DNA of 63,557 bases, the filler included. It is 9 parts of 9 records of this genome, joined end to end, with 100 filler letters (N's around TTAATTAATTAA, not from the genome) between each part and the next. Parts side by side here need not be neighbours in the genome. Positions count along the whole stretch, not along the records: positions 1 to 6,259 come from SRR31156797_62946; positions 6,360 to 15,452 come from SRR31156797_63031; 7 more parts are not named here. The stretch is one strand, 5' to 3'. Position numbers and translations under genes: made by a program. Below are positions 1-11,041 of this stretch, in pieces (position 1 is the stretch's first letter; each line of letters begins with the position of its first letter). Below the pieces are notes generated by a model. It did not search any database and was not told the origin of the DNA. It saw only the letters and a program-made list of their open reading frames with translations.

Positions 1-322
1 AAGAATTGCGTCTTGGATGTGATTAAGTTGTGAAATTTTAGTTTTCAGGTCCCACATGGGAGCCGGTGGATCATGGGTTAACATGTAGTTTGTGCGGGAA
101 ACAGTCCGGTTTGTGCGTCAGTGTTATGGAGGGATATTATGTGAATGCCGGTTGGGAGTTATTAGGCAGTATACCGGCGGATTCACGCGGTTATATTTGG
201 ACTGGTTCCCGCACGATTTATTATTTCTGCTTTATTGGTTACCTCCTTTGTTGATTTTGTGGCGCCCAAGGCCTTACTTTTGCTCGTTTGGACGCATTAA
301 TCGGTAATGATTTTTCATCCTT

Positions 323-3300
323 TCAAGCGGCTTTGGGAGTAATCCGGAAAAAAATGGTGTACAAGACCGGCACAATCACAAGGGTGAGCACCGTCGCCAC
401 AGCCAGGCCGAACATAATGGTCACGGCCATCGATACAAACATGACGTCCGTAAGCAGCGGGGCCATGCCCAGGATAGTGGTGGCCGAAGCCATGACTACC
501 GGCCGCAGGCGGCTGACGGAAGAATCCAGTACGGCCTGGTAAGGTTCCATGCCTTCATTGATGGAGAATTCTATCTGGTCGATTAGAACGACGGCGTTTT
601 TAATCAGCATACCAATGAGGCTGTACGCTCCCAGGAGAGCCAGAAATCCGAAAGGTTGGCCTGTGATAAGAAGCCCGGCCACCATGCCGGTCAGGGCCAG
701 GGGCACGACCAATACAATAATGATGGGCTGACGGAAGCCGTTGAAAAGGGCCACCAGGATAAAAAAAGCCAGGACGAGAGACAGGGGCAGGAATTTTTGA
801 ACGCCCGCGTTTCCCTTGGCCATGAGTTCGTATTCGCCGGCCCAGTCCAGTTCGTAACCCGCGGGCAAGGAAATGGCTTCTATTTCCGGCCGCACTTTGG
901 CCAGTAGAGTGTTGGAGGTTACACCATTTGTATCGCATTGCACTGTTATGGCCCGGCGGCGGTCATAGCGCCTGACTATGGGATCTTCCCAGGATAGTTC
1001 CGTGCTGCTGACCACTTGCCCAAGAGGCGCCGGGTTCGGCCCGGAGCCCCAGACAGGTGTTGTTTCCGGTGAGGGCGTCTTCGATCCGTCGGCGGCAGGA
1101 GAACGCACCAGTATTGGAATCAGTTCGTCGCCTTCCCTGTATACAGCTGCTTGCATACCGTCCGTGGCTCTTAAAATGGCGGCGGCCACGTCTTTTCGTT
1201 CCACGCCGACGTCCCTGGCCTTCTGTTGGGAATATATGGGCTTCCAGACCGGTGTTCTGGAGCGCCAGTCGTCCCTGACATATTTAGCGGAAGGCTCGGC
1301 CCGCATGACGGCTTTTGCTTGTTCGGCCAGTTTACGGAGCACCGCCGGGTCCGGCCCGGAAAAACGGGCTTCCACCTTGTAGTCGGCCAGCGGCCCGGAT
1401 ATAAAAGTACGCATCTTGGGGTCCGAGTCACTCAGATTTTCAGAAAACCATTTATCGAGTTTTGCCTGTAGAGCCGGAATAGCGCGGTAATCATGAACGT
1501 TGACTATGATCTGCCCAAAAGCCGAATTTTCAGGCTCAGGATTAACATTGCCGGCAAAACGCGGAGATCCCGATCCTATTACCGTGGTAATGTTTTTAAC
1601 TTCTGGAAGTTCAACCAGGTATTTTTCAGCCAGGCGTAAATCTTCGGAGGTTCTTTCAATCAATGCGCCTTCAGGCAGCCAGTAGTCGATTAAAAACTGG
1701 GCCCTGTCCGCATCCCCAAAAAACATTTTGGAGACTTTCTGCATGCCGTATCCGGCAAATACGCACAAACCAATTACAAAAAGTATGCATAATAATCTAT
1801 GATGAAGAATTGCTTGCAATACATTTTTATAAAGCCGGTACGGTGTTGAGGCGTACGGGTCTCCGGAACCGTTGTTTTTCGGCCTCTTCAGAAATTTGCT
1901 GCAAAAAACCGGTGTTTGGGTCATGGACAGGGCCCAGCTTATCAGAAGTGCGATAGATACGACCTGAAACAGGCTTCGCGTATATTCGCCCGAATTGGTC
2001 GGGGACATAAATATGGGCAAAAAGGCCAGGCAGGCAATTACAGTGGACCCGAGCAAAGGCCAGGCCGCGCGTTCGGCCGGCCGGACCATGGCATGATTCC
2101 TGTCCTGCCCGAGTTTCAAACGCACGAGCGAGCCGTCTGTGACGACAATAGCATTATCCACAATCATGCCCATGACCAATATGAGTGAAGCCAGGGATAT
2201 CCTGTGCAGGTCAATGCCCCAAACCAGCATGACGACCAATGTTCCTAGAATTGACAAAACAAGTCCGCTGGCTATTAACAACCCGCTTCGCAGCCCCATG
2301 GCGATCAGCAAAACCACAATAACAATGGCCACGGACTGTATAAGATTTGAAATGAAATTTTTTATGGCCCCTTTTACGAATTTGGACTGGTAATAAACGC
2401 CTTCGATTTCCAGGCCCACGGGTAGATCCTGGAAAAGCTCGTCCAACCGGGCCTGAACCGCATCTCCCATATCGACCACATTAGCCTTTGAATCCGCGGA
2501 AATGGCGATGCCAACAGCCTGCTTTCCATTAAAGCGCATGGCCGGCTCCATGGGTTCCACATAGCCCCGGCTGATTTCGGCGATTTCCCGCAGTGTGATT
2601 TTATTTGCCCCCTGCCCGCCTATGACAAGCCCTCCGATTTCTTCCAGGGATTGGAAATCGCCGGGGTAGTCCACCCTGATGCGGCGGCCGTTTGTTTGTA
2701 TGGCCCCGGGGGGCGGAATCATGTTCTGGTTTTGAATGGCGGAAAGAATCAGGTTGGGATGAATTCCCAGGGCCGCGGTTTTGGCCGGGGATATGTCTAT
2801 GTTAACGCATTGCTTTTGAGTTCCGAATATCTGGATGCGCGAAACATCCTTGACCAGCAGAAGCTCCCGCTGGATGAATTCAGCATATTTTTTAAGTTCC
2901 GTATTGGAATACCCGTCACCGGTCAGGGCCAGAAAAATTCCGTAAATATCCCCGAAATCATCCTGCACATTGGACGGGCCGGCCCCCTCCGGCAATTCCG
3001 CCTGGGCCGCGATAACCTTTCGGCGAAGCATGTCCCAAAGCTGCTGGACTTGTTTGGTCCGGTTATGCTCCAGAAGGTCTACATAAACCAGGGAAACTCC
3101 GGGCCTGGAAATGGAGTTGATGCTTTCCACCTGGTCGGCCGATTGGGCGGCCCGCTCAATGACGTCGGTTACCTGCTGCTCAACGTCGTAGGCGGAGGCG
3201 CCCGGGTACGGGGTGACGATTATTGCAGTTTTTATCGTAAATTCAGGGTTTTCCAGTTTTCCCATGTTGTAATAGGCCGCCAGGCCGCCGACCAGGAGCA

Positions 3301-3358
3301 GGAACATGGCCAGGTAAACAACAGCTTTATGGGTGATCGAGTATTGTGCGATTTTCAT
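323..3358 (-). CDS. RND efflux transporter permease (AcrB/AcrD/AcrF family)
   Basis: 1011 aa; two large periplasmic loops with TM clusters; motifs GMIVDNAIVV, IKNAVVL and RLRPVVM. Confidence 0.95.
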   Translation of the reverse strand: MKIAQYSITHKAVVYLAMFLLLVGGLAAYYNMGKLENPEFTIKTAIIVTPYPGASAYDVEQQVTDVIERAAQSADQVESINSISRPGVSLVYVDLLEHNRTKQVQQLWDMLRRKVIAAQAELPEGAGPSNVQDDFGDIYGIFLALTGDGYSNTELKKYAEFIQRELLLVKDVSRIQIFGTQKQCVNIDISPAKTAALGIHPNLILSAIQNQNMIPPPGAIQTNGRRIRVDYPGDFQSLEEIGGLVIGGQGANKITLREIAEISRGYVEPMEPAMRFNGKQAVGIAISADSKANVVDMGDAVQARLDELFQDLPVGLEIEGVYYQSKFVKGAIKNFISNLIQSVAIVIVVLLIAMGLRSGLLIASGLVLSILGTLVVMLVWGIDLHRISLASLILVMGMIVDNAIVVTDGSLVRLKLGQDRNHAMVRPAERAAWPLLGSTVIACLAFLPIFMSPTNSGEYTRSLFQVVSIALLISWALSMTQTPVFCSKFLKRPKNNGSGDPYASTPYRLYKNVLQAILHHRLLCILFVIGLCVFAGYGMQKVSKMFFGDADRAQFLIDYWLPEGALIERTSEDLRLAEKYLVELPEVKNITTVIGSGSPRFAGNVNPEPENSAFGQIIVNVHDYRAIPALQAKLDKWFSENLSDSDPKMRTFISGPLADYKVEARFSGPDPAVLRKLAEQAKAVMRAEPSAKYVRDDWRSRTPVWKPIYSQQKARDVGVERKDVAAAILRATDGMQAAVYREGDELIPILVRSPAADGSKTPSPETTPVWGSGPNPAPLGQVVSSTELSWEDPIVRRYDRRRAITVQCDTNGVTSNTLLAKVRPEIEAISLPAGYELDWAGEYELMAKGNAGVQKFLPLSLVLAFFILVALFNGFRQPIIIVLVVPLALTGMVAGLLITGQPFGFLALLGAYSLIGMLIKNAVVLIDQIEFSINEGMEPYQAVLDSSVSRLRPVVMASATTILGMAPLLTDVMFVSMAVTIMFGLAVATVLTLVIVPVLYTIFFRITPKAA

Positions 3359-3370
3359 ATGGAGAATCCT

Positions 3371-4519
3371 TTAAAGCATGCCGCCCACGTTGGTGTCGGA
3401 TAGTTTGGGCAGGAGCCTCACTTTCATGCCTTCCTGCAAGTTGTGCGTTCCGGCGGTGACTACCCATTGGCCGGGCGTCAGCCTGCCCGAGATTTCGACG
3501 CCTGCCGGAGTCATTTGACCGACCAGGACTGCTTGCCGGTGGACCTGGCCTTTTTCCCGGTCCAGGACCCAGACGCATGAATTGTCTCCGCCATGATTGA
3601 ACAGGGCCTGGATCGGAACTATAAAATGTTCGTGTTTTTCCCGGGAGGCGAGTTTAATTTTAACTTCCGCGGTCATGCCCGGCCTTACAACATCGCCGGC
3701 GTCTTTTTCCAGGACGATGGTCATTGGATATGTGCGGGTTGTCGGATCCGATTTTTTCCCGATTTCTTTTAAAACAGCGGAAAAAACCTTGCCGCTTACT
3801 GCGTCAAATGAAACCTGGAATGAATTAAATTCCGGGACTCTGCCGACCAGGTTTTCGGGCAGTCCGAATTCCACTTCCATGGTGGAAAGGTCGACCAGGG
3901 AAATGACGGCCTGGCCCGGAGCGACGGTTTCGTGATTTTCCACGAATTTCTGGTGCACGTATCCTGAAAACGGGGCCTCCAGTCGTGTATCCGTCAAGGC
4001 GTTTTGAGTGTCTTTAAGATTTTCTGCATCCGCCTTGACCTGGGCGCTGAGCATTCGAAAAGCAGCCTTGGCGCTGTCGTATTGGGATTTGGCCACGGCA
4101 TTCATCTTGAGCAGCTTTTTATGTCGTTTGTATTGGAGATTCGCTTCTTCAAGCTGTGCCTGTGAAGCCAGGAGCCGGGCTTTAAGGGTTTGGACGGCGA
4201 TTTTAAAATCGCGCTTATCAATAAGGGCTATAAGTTGATCTTTTTCAACTTTTTGTCCGGTTTCCACGTCCAGGCGGACAAGCGGTCCGCCGACCTGAAA
4301 TGAAACCTTAACTTCCCTGGCCGCCTTGGCGGTTGCCGGGAATTCAAAGATTTGAGAGCTTACGGCCTTGGTTAGCTGCATTGCCTTGACCGGGCGGATG
4401 ATAATGGATTGTTCCTCGGTTTCAGCTTCGACGCTTAGACAGCCGCTCAGGGCAAGCGCGACAGCCAGAACCCCAATGGCCCAACAAGCAACTTCATATG
4501 TTTTTCGTGTTTTTTTCAT
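3371..4519 (-). CDS. RND periplasmic adaptor (membrane fusion protein), probable lipoprotein
   Basis: LSGC lipobox-like signal, coiled-coil hairpin, LEAPFSG and RPGM motifs; directly upstream of the RND permease. Confidence 0.93.
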   Translation of the reverse strand: MKKTRKTYEVACWAIGVLAVALALSGCLSVEAETEEQSIIIRPVKAMQLTKAVSSQIFEFPATAKAAREVKVSFQVGGPLVRLDVETGQKVEKDQLIALIDKRDFKIAVQTLKARLLASQAQLEEANLQYKRHKKLLKMNAVAKSQYDSAKAAFRMLSAQVKADAENLKDTQNALTDTRLEAPFSGYVHQKFVENHETVAPGQAVISLVDLSTMEVEFGLPENLVGRVPEFNSFQVSFDAVSGKVFSAVLKEIGKKSDPTTRTYPMTIVLEKDAGDVVRPGMTAEVKIKLASREKHEHFIVPIQALFNHGGDNSCVWVLDREKGQVHRQAVLVGQMTPAGVEISGRLTPGQWVVTAGTHNLQEGMKVRLLPKLSDTNVGGML

Positions 4520-4827
4520 AATTGCTTTTCCCAGGTTGAATAGTTAACAATTCCTAACTCACGCATGGATGAAAATAGACTGGCGCCCAGTGCGCTTGAA
4601 TCAATCTCGTCTCTCGTTCCGGCCCAAATCAGGTGAATGGACCAGTCCGTGGGGGCATGAGCGCTTTTATAGAGTCCGGCTCTGAAAGGCTCCGGTTCGC
4701 CGCCGTCTGAGCGGTCGATCAGGCTTTGGTAGATTGCCTGGACTTTTTTAAAATCGGTTATTTGAGCCAGACGCACCTGGATAATTTCAACCCAGTAATT
4801 TTCAAATGATTTGATACTCATGTGCAA
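4516..4827 (-). CDS. Small hypothetical protein, first gene of the RND operon
   Basis: 103 aa; AAGGAG SD upstream; stop overlaps the adaptor start (ATGA). Confidence 0.75.
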   Translation of the reverse strand: MHMSIKSFENYWVEIIQVRLAQITDFKKVQAIYQSLIDRSDGGEPEPFRAGLYKSAHAPTDWSIHLIWAGTRDEIDSSALGASLFSSMRELGIVNYSTWEKQL

Positions 4828-4872
4828 AACTCCTTTTGCGCGTCCGCCGCCTTATGTGTTGTTGTTTTAATG

Positions 4873-4888
4873 GCAATAGCGGGGCCAA
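4873..4888 (-). promoter_or_regulatory. Sigma54 (-24/-12) promoter of the RND operon
   Basis: Minus strand reads TTGGCCCCGCTATTGC (GG-N10-GC); a divergent sigma54 activator is adjacent. Confidence 0.8.
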
Positions 4889-4939
4889 AATAATATTTTT
4901 ATTAAAATCAGTAATATACAGAATAGAATTGCTTTGAAC

Positions 4940-5003
4940 TGTCTAATATGATAGAAATTTCTGTCAAATAAGAAGGTGATTTATTAAGCTGTCATATTAG
5001 ACA
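4940..5003. promoter_or_regulatory. Putative enhancer (UAS) sites for the sigma54 activator
   Basis: TGTCTAATATGATA (4940-4953) and TGTCATATTAGACA (4990-5003) are inverted copies matching 13/14; partial third copy at 4962. Confidence 0.6.
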
Positions 5004-5016
5004 GAAGGGGTTGAAG

Positions 5017-6259
5017 ATGGCATTCAGCGATATGGAGTTTTTTCATGAAGCTTCAAAGAGAATCTGCGGCAGTCTCCACGCCGAAACCATGTTAAGGGAT
5101 ACGCTCGATTATCTCAGGCATTTTATGCCCGCCGAGGGATTGTATTTTAATATTTACGAACCTGGTAAAAGGAGAATACGTAATATTGCCGAAGTAAGCC
5201 CATACCCTGAGGGCTGGGTAACAAAATCGGCCGAACTGACTGCTGAAGGCGCCAGGTATATAGAATCGGAAGACCATGAGAAAGTACACATTGTCAATCA
5301 ACCTGGTGATAATCCCATCTCAAAAGTCGCTCTTTCAGAAACCGCTTATTTGAGTCTTTCCCTGATGGTGATGATCCTGGAGTTATCCGGCGAAACCCTC
5401 GGAGTAGCAGTTGTCAGCGCCAGGGGACGAAATATGTATCAGTCCGAGCATACCCGGCTGCTGGAGTTGCTCCACGACCCTTTTGCGGTGGCCATGGCCA
5501 ACACCCTGCAACACCAGGAAGTGCTCCGGTTAAAGGATATGCTGGCCGATGATTACCGGTACCTGGCCGGGGAATTGCGGCAGATGTCGGGTGAGGAAAT
5601 CGTTGGCGCGGAATATGGACTGAAATCGGTTATGGACTCAGTCCGCCAGGTTGCCCCTTTAACCAGCCATGTACTGCTTTCAGGTGAAACAGGCGTGGGC
5701 AAGGAAGTCATTGCCAACGCCATCCACTATTCTTCACCGCGACACGGTGGACCTTTTATCAAGGTTAATTGCGGCGCGCTTCCGGAAAGCCTGGTGGACA
5801 GCGAGCTCTTTGGTCATGAAAAAGGCGCGTTTACCGGGGCGGTGAGTTCCCGTCGAGGGCGTTTTGAGCGCGCCCATAACGGCACAATATTCCTGGATGA
5901 AATCGGAGACCTCCCGCTTACAGCTCAAAATCGACTTTTACGGGTAATCCAGGAAAAGCAGATAGAGCGCGTGGGCGGCGCTAAACCAATAGATCTTGAT
6001 ATTCGCATTATCGCAGCCACTCACCGGGATTTGCAACAGATGGTGCTGGAGCATTCCTTCCGTGAGGATTTATGGTTCCGGCTGAATGTTTTCCCAATTA
6101 ACATTCCGCCGCTTCGCCGGAGAAAAGCCGATATACCCGCCCTGGTTCAGCATTTTGTGCGAAAGAAATGTCATGAAATGAAAATCAGGCGCAGGCCTGG
6201 AATAGCTCCAGGGCAGATGGAAAAACTCATCAACTACGACTGGCCCGGCAATGTCAGGG
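5017..6259 (+). CDS. Sigma54-dependent enhancer-binding protein with GAF domain (3' truncated at gap)
   Basis: GETGVGKE Walker [26 protein letters not shown]. Confidence 0.95.
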
Positions 6260-6359
6260 NNNNNNNNNNNNNNNNNNNNNNNNNNNNNNNNNNNNNNNNN
6301 NNNTTAATTAATTAANNNNNNNNNNNNNNNNNNNNNNNNNNNNNNNNNNNNNNNNNNNN
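6260..6359. other. Artificial contig linker (N-run with TTAATTAATTAA); seven more at 15453, 20693, 27595, 34584, 47455, 52830, 58075
   Basis: Same six-frame stop linker in every gap; composition and gene content change across the gaps. Confidence 0.98.
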
Positions 6360-6471
6360 ATAATGATAATAGCTATAAAGTGTAACAATTAACCATATTA
6401 ACAAAAAAGCATAAATAATATAATATAACTGTGTATATTTAACACATCTTAAAGAACCTACCGGTGAAATA

Positions 6472-7299
6472 ATGGGCGCCAGGAAAAATGAGAAAAAACA
6501 TAATCAAAATAATGAAGGACAAATTGGAATTGGAACTTTAATTATATTTATTGCAATGGTACTTGTTGCCGCGGTTGCTGCTGCAGTGCTTATACAAACA
6601 TCAGGAGTCCTTCAGCAGAAAGCACAGTCCACCGGTAAGGAAGCAACAAAAGAAGTATCATCCAATATCCTGATACACAATATTGAAGGATTCAGGTCCA
6701 AGAACACAGACACAAACATGTCCCAGAGTATTGATCTTTTAAAGATTACACTTGGACTTAACGCTGCCAGCGAAGCAGTAGATCTTAAAGAAATAGTAGT
6801 CACCATATCAGACGGATACGTCACCAATAATCTGGTTTACGCAGGAAATACTAATAGCAGGGCACCCCGCAAAGATATCCAGGGAAATATGTCCGGCTTC
6901 AGCACAACTGCAACTACAAATTTGCAGAAGCTTCTCACAGAAAACTCCACTCTTGGTAATTCTGAAATAAATGTTACCTATGTTAATTCACAGGTGTACT
7001 TTACCGTGGACAAAATAAGAGATGAAGATGACTCATTTGCTCAATCCCATCCTGTTATGACAACAGGTGATTTTGTTGTTGTCTACGTACCAACGGTATC
7101 CGACACATCAGCCGGTGCAGGTTATTCAACGCTCAGATCACTTAGTGTATCGTCATCATTAAAATCATCAGGTCTTAACCTCATACCCCGCACAACTGTT
7201 AATATGGTAATGACGCCAGAAGCAGGCGCTTCAACCAATGCAGATTTTATTCTCCCAACCACATATGGAAGCTATGAGATGGTGACACTGTATCCGTGA
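6472..7299 (+). CDS. flaB: Archaellin (archaeal flagellin)
   Basis: Class III signal peptide followed by [40 protein letters not shown]. Confidence 0.93.
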   Translation: MGARKNEKKHNQNNEGQIGIGTLIIFIAMVLVAAVAAAVLIQTSGVLQQKAQSTGKEATKEVSSNILIHNIEGFRSKNTDTNMSQSIDLLKITLGLNAASEAVDLKEIVVTISDGYVTNNLVYAGNTNSRAPRKDIQGNMSGFSTTATTNLQKLLTENSTLGNSEINVTYVNSQVYFTVDKIRDEDDSFAQSHPVMTTGDFVVVYVPTVSDTSAGAGYSTLRSLSVSSSLKSSGLNLIPRTTVNMVMTPEAGASTNADFILPTTYGSYEMVTLYP

Positions 7300-7483
7300 A
7301 TAATTAATCAAGAACGCGCAGCCTGCAGCGGGTGGTAGCACTGTTCTTTGTTTTAAAAAGAATAGAATACTCTGTTGCTTTCACTCGTTTTCTACAGATC
7401 AATGATTAAAAATCAGAATGGTTTCCATTAGATCGATAGTCTACATCCATGACAGGCATACACTAAAGGCAAAAATAGTTAGG

Positions 7484-7555
7484 TGGACTGGTCGGGAATT
7501 GAACCCGAGGCCTCTACCATGCCAAGGTAGCGATCTTCCCCTGATCTACCAGCCC
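7484..7555 (-). tRNA. tRNA-Ala(GGC)
   Basis: Cloverleaf GGGCTGG...CCAGTCCA with G3:U70; anticodon arm CTACC-TTGGCAT-GGTAG; GGTTCAA T-loop. Confidence 0.95.
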
Positions 7556-7732
7556 GAATATCAAGACATACATCACATTATCTAACATAAACCTATCGCT
7601 GCAGACCCGTGGTTAAAATTATCATATCAAAAATTTAGAGTAGGAAAAGCCATTCCAAGCGAAACGTTAAAGTATCTGTATGCGTATTTGGAGTGTCGCG
7701 TGATGAAGAGCGTCATGCGAAGACACGCAATT

Positions 7733-7809
7733 GGGCCCGTAGCTTAGCTAGGTGGAGCGCACGGCTGATAACCGTGAGGCCATGAGTTCGAATCTCATCG
7801 GGCCCACCA
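7733..7809 (+). tRNA. tRNA-Ile(GAT)
   Basis: GGGCCCG...CGGGCCCACCA; anticodon arm CACGG-CTGATAA-CCGTG; GTTCGAA T-loop; encoded CCA. Confidence 0.96.
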
Positions 7810-8256
7810 TTTACTCTTATTTTGCACTTAAATCAATTAAACATACTAATTTTCCCATATTAATTATTCCTATACTAATAATTCTCATACTAATTAGTCT
7901 ATATTTTCCTTGTAACTAGTAATACTTGCTTCATGACACGTTGTACACGGTAATATTACCGTTAGTTTGATTCTCTTTTGACTTGCCAGATAGTCATTTC
8001 CAGCAAGATTAGTATTTTGTTGAATGCGCCACTCAGAAATATACAATAGAAGATAGATGTTTTTGACTTTCTATTTTATTATAAAGAATATTAATATATA
8101 ACAAACGCATATAATAGTAAGTAGTATCCCTTATAATAATCCAAGATTTGCTTGTTGGAAAAACAGAACGACAGGCACATAGTGAAATACTACTCATTGT
8201 GTTGCCTTCTAAAAAACATAAAACAAAAAGGAAACGGAGCTAATTAAAATTATCCG

Positions 8257-8640
8257 GTGATTTATATGAGAGAGAAAAAACCTAGCGGCATGAATGAAAA
8301 AGAGTTTGAAATTGTAGAGTTACTGAGAAAGTTAGACATGAACAGACCGGTAGCCCTTACCCTCGCCTGCCTCTCATGTGGGGATGAGATTACTTCACGT
8401 GAAATAGAGAAGAACTCTAGTCTTAGACAGCCTGAAGTTAGTATTGCAATGAGATATCTCAGGGACAATAACTGGGTAGAGATCAGGGAAGAAAAGAAGA
8501 CAGAAGGCAAAGGCAGACCTGTAAAGCTCTATAGGCTCATAACACCGCTTGACGAAATAGTACATAGTATTGAACAAAGGGTCCTGCTTGAAAGCAGCTA
8601 CGTGTTCAATAATATTGAGAAATTGAAGAGACTTGCATAA
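8257..8640 (+). CDS. Archaeal winged-HTH transcriptional regulator (ArsR/MarR-like)
   Basis: SREIE...LRQPEVSIAM...GKGRPVKLY motif typical of methanogen wHTH regulators. Confidence 0.85.
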   Translation: MIYMREKKPSGMNEKEFEIVELLRKLDMNRPVALTLACLSCGDEITSREIEKNSSLRQPEVSIAMRYLRDNNWVEIREEKKTEGKGRPVKLYRLITPLDEIVHSIEQRVLLESSYVFNNIEKLKRLA

Positions 8641-8811
8641 ACCTGTCCTGATTATTTGCTGCCATGTGCAGCAAAAACTAATTTTTTCAGGGATAATTTT
8701 ATTTCCCTATAATTTTTAAACTATAAACTAAATTATCCTAGTCGAAGATTTTAAGTTAAAAAGGGATATTTTAGAATCCCGATTCTCAGTTACACTAATG
8801 GAGTTAATCTT

Positions 8812-10053
8812 TTGAGTACTATAAGCGAAAAAATATTTAGCCGTGCATCAGGAAAAAAAGCGAAGGCAAACGACTTTGTCATTGCGGATGTTGACTTTGC
8901 CATGGCACACGATGGTACAAGCGTTCTTGCTGTCAAGGCTTTCAGGGAAATGGAAGAAGAGAAAGTCTGGAATCCTAAAAGAATAGTAATACCATTTGAC
9001 CACCTTACGCCTGCAAATACAGATACTACTGCTGCACTGCAGCATGAGATACGCCAATGGATCAATGAACAGGAAATCCCTAATTTCTATGATGTCGGCG
9101 AAGGTATATGCCACCAGCTACTTCCGGAAAATGGATTTGCATTGCCAGGAAAGCTCGTAGTTGGTGCAGACTCACATTCCTGCACATATGGTGCATTTGG
9201 AGCAGTTGGCACAGGAGTAGGTGCTACAGATATGGCAGAAATTTTTTCATCCGGAAAACTCTGGTTTAAAGTCCCTGAAAGTATCAAAATCACTACGGAA
9301 GGAAAACTTAACGATGGTGTCTTTGCAAAAGACCTCATTCTCAAAATAATAGGAACTCTCGGTGTTGCCGGTGCAACGTACAAAGCTGCTGAATTCTATG
9401 GAAGCACAATAGATTCTCTTTCAATGTCAGGCAGAATGACACTTAGCAACATGGCAATCGAAATGGGTGCAAAAACCGGAATAGTTCCCCCGGACAAAAC
9501 CACTTTTGATTTCCTTGACGGCATTGCTGCTGAAGAATATGAACCAGTATATGCTGATGAAGATGCAGTATATTCAAGTGAATATAACTTTGATGCAAAT
9601 GAACTTGAACCTCAGATAGCCTCTCCGCATCAGGTAGATAACGTTCAGGATATATCCGAAATTAAACCTGTTAAACTTGACCAGGCATTCGTTGGAACAT
9701 GCACTAACGGAAGACTGGAAGACCTTGAGGTTGCCGCATCCATTCTAAAAGGAGAAAAAGTTGCCATCAGAACACTTGTAGTTCCTGCATCCCGTAATGT
9801 CCTTATAGAAGCTGTCAGGAAAGGAATAGTAGAAACCCTTCTTGAAGCAGGCGTAGTTATCGGGTCCCCCGGGTGTGGACCATGTCTTGGAGGGCATATG
9901 GGAGTAATTGGAAAAGGTGAGTCCTGTATCTCAACAGCAAACAGGAACTTTAAGGGCAGAATGGGAACCGGTGGAATGATCTACCTCGCATCCCCTGCAA
10001 CTGCAGCTGCTTCAGCACTTACCGGCGAGATTACTGATCCGCGCGAAGTTTAA
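8812..10053 (+). CDS. 3-isopropylmalate dehydratase / homoaconitase family large subunit
   Basis: [23 protein letters not shown] (4Fe-4S ligands), [12 protein letters not shown]. Confidence 0.95.
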   Translation: MSTISEKIFSRASGKKAKANDFVIADVDFAMAHDGTSVLAVKAFREMEEEKVWNPKRIVIPFDHLTPANTDTTAALQHEIRQWINEQEIPNFYDVGEGICHQLLPENGFALPGKLVVGADSHSCTYGAFGAVGTGVGATDMAEIFSSGKLWFKVPESIKITTEGKLNDGVFAKDLILKIIGTLGVAGATYKAAEFYGSTIDSLSMSGRMTLSNMAIEMGAKTGIVPPDKTTFDFLDGIAAEEYEPVYADEDAVYSSEYNFDANELEPQIASPHQVDNVQDISEIKPVKLDQAFVGTCTNGRLEDLEVAASILKGEKVAIRTLVVPASRNVLIEAVRKGIVETLLEAGVVIGSPGCGPCLGGHMGVIGKGESCISTANRNFKGRMGTGGMIYLASPATAAASALTGEITDPREV

Positions 10054-10073
10054 ATCCATAATTAAGAGTTTAT

Positions 10074-10292
10074 GTGGAGAGTATTGAAATGGAACTGGAC
10101 AAAGCAAAACTTGAACATCTTATTGGACACTGGGTAGAACACAATGACAACCATAGTACGAGCTTTTCCGAGTGGGCTGCCAAGATAGAAGCTGCAGGAT
10201 ACAGCGAGATAGCTGAAGACATAAAGATGGCAGCAGCAAAGATGGATGAATGCTCCGAATTATTGAAGAATGCTAAAACAAAGCTTGACTAA
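10074..10292 (+). CDS. Small His-containing hypothetical protein, possibly metal-binding
   Basis: KLEHLIGHWVEHNDNH motif, helical remainder; true start may be the downstream Met (MELDK). Confidence 0.7.
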   Translation: MESIEMELDKAKLEHLIGHWVEHNDNHSTSFSEWAAKIEAAGYSEIAEDIKMAAAKMDECSELLKNAKTKLD

Positions 10293-10308
10293 GTTCAGGG
10301 AGTACCCA

Positions 10309-10965
10309 ATGCGCAAACCGGCAAATAATTTGCTGGCATGCATTCTCTTTTTATTTTTGTGCATGACAGTACTGCCAGGTATGGCAACTGCCGCTACTGG
10401 TGTGAGCATAGTCCCTTCCACCCAGACAGTTGCTCCTGGCGAAGAATTCACACTTGAAGTTTATATTGAGCCACAAACCACTATTGCAGGATTACAATTT
10501 GATCTTGCATATGATACTACGCTTATAAGTATCAGGAATATAGGTGGAAAAGCCTTTTTTGGAAGCAGTGATTCTGCCATAATGTCCAATCAAGGTAGCA
10601 TAAATGAATCAACTGGAACCGTTTCCAGAGTATACAGATCAGTTATAAAAGGTAGCGGAACTGCAGAAGAAGGTGCTTTTTGTAATATTGAACTGACAGC
10701 CGGACACAACGATGGAAATTGTGAACTCAGCATAACAAACCTTGTTGTATGGGATGAGCAGGGTAACGAAGTAGCTTCAGAAGCCATTGGCTCAACTATA
10801 ATCGTAGATAGTAAAAAAACCCTTGCAAGTACAGCGGATAGTACAGATATGGATGGCATAAATGTACCCGGCTCTGCTATAAGTAAGACTTCAGGATGGG
10901 TAGCATTTATTTTTACTGTGCTTACTTTCTCTGCTGTTGCATACTTCCTTGACAGGAAAAAATAA
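10309..10965 (+). CDS. Cohesin-domain surface protein with C-terminal membrane anchor
   Basis: Signal peptide; beta-sandwich pattern GEEFTLEV...IAGLQFDLAYD; C-terminal TM helix plus RKK; start placed at MRKP after GGGAG. Confidence 0.75.
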   Translation: MRKPANNLLACILFLFLCMTVLPGMATAATGVSIVPSTQTVAPGEEFTLEVYIEPQTTIAGLQFDLAYDTTLISIRNIGGKAFFGSSDSAIMSNQGSINESTGTVSRVYRSVIKGSGTAEEGAFCNIELTAGHNDGNCELSITNLVVWDEQGNEVASEAIGSTIIVDSKKTLASTADSTDMDGINVPGSAISKTSGWVAFIFTVLTFSAVAYFLDRKK

Positions 10966-11041
10966 AAACTCTAAAATGTGGCAAAGAGAAGACTTCCCTT
11001 TGCACAAGCCATTTGTTTTATTTTATCTTTTTTTATGAAAC

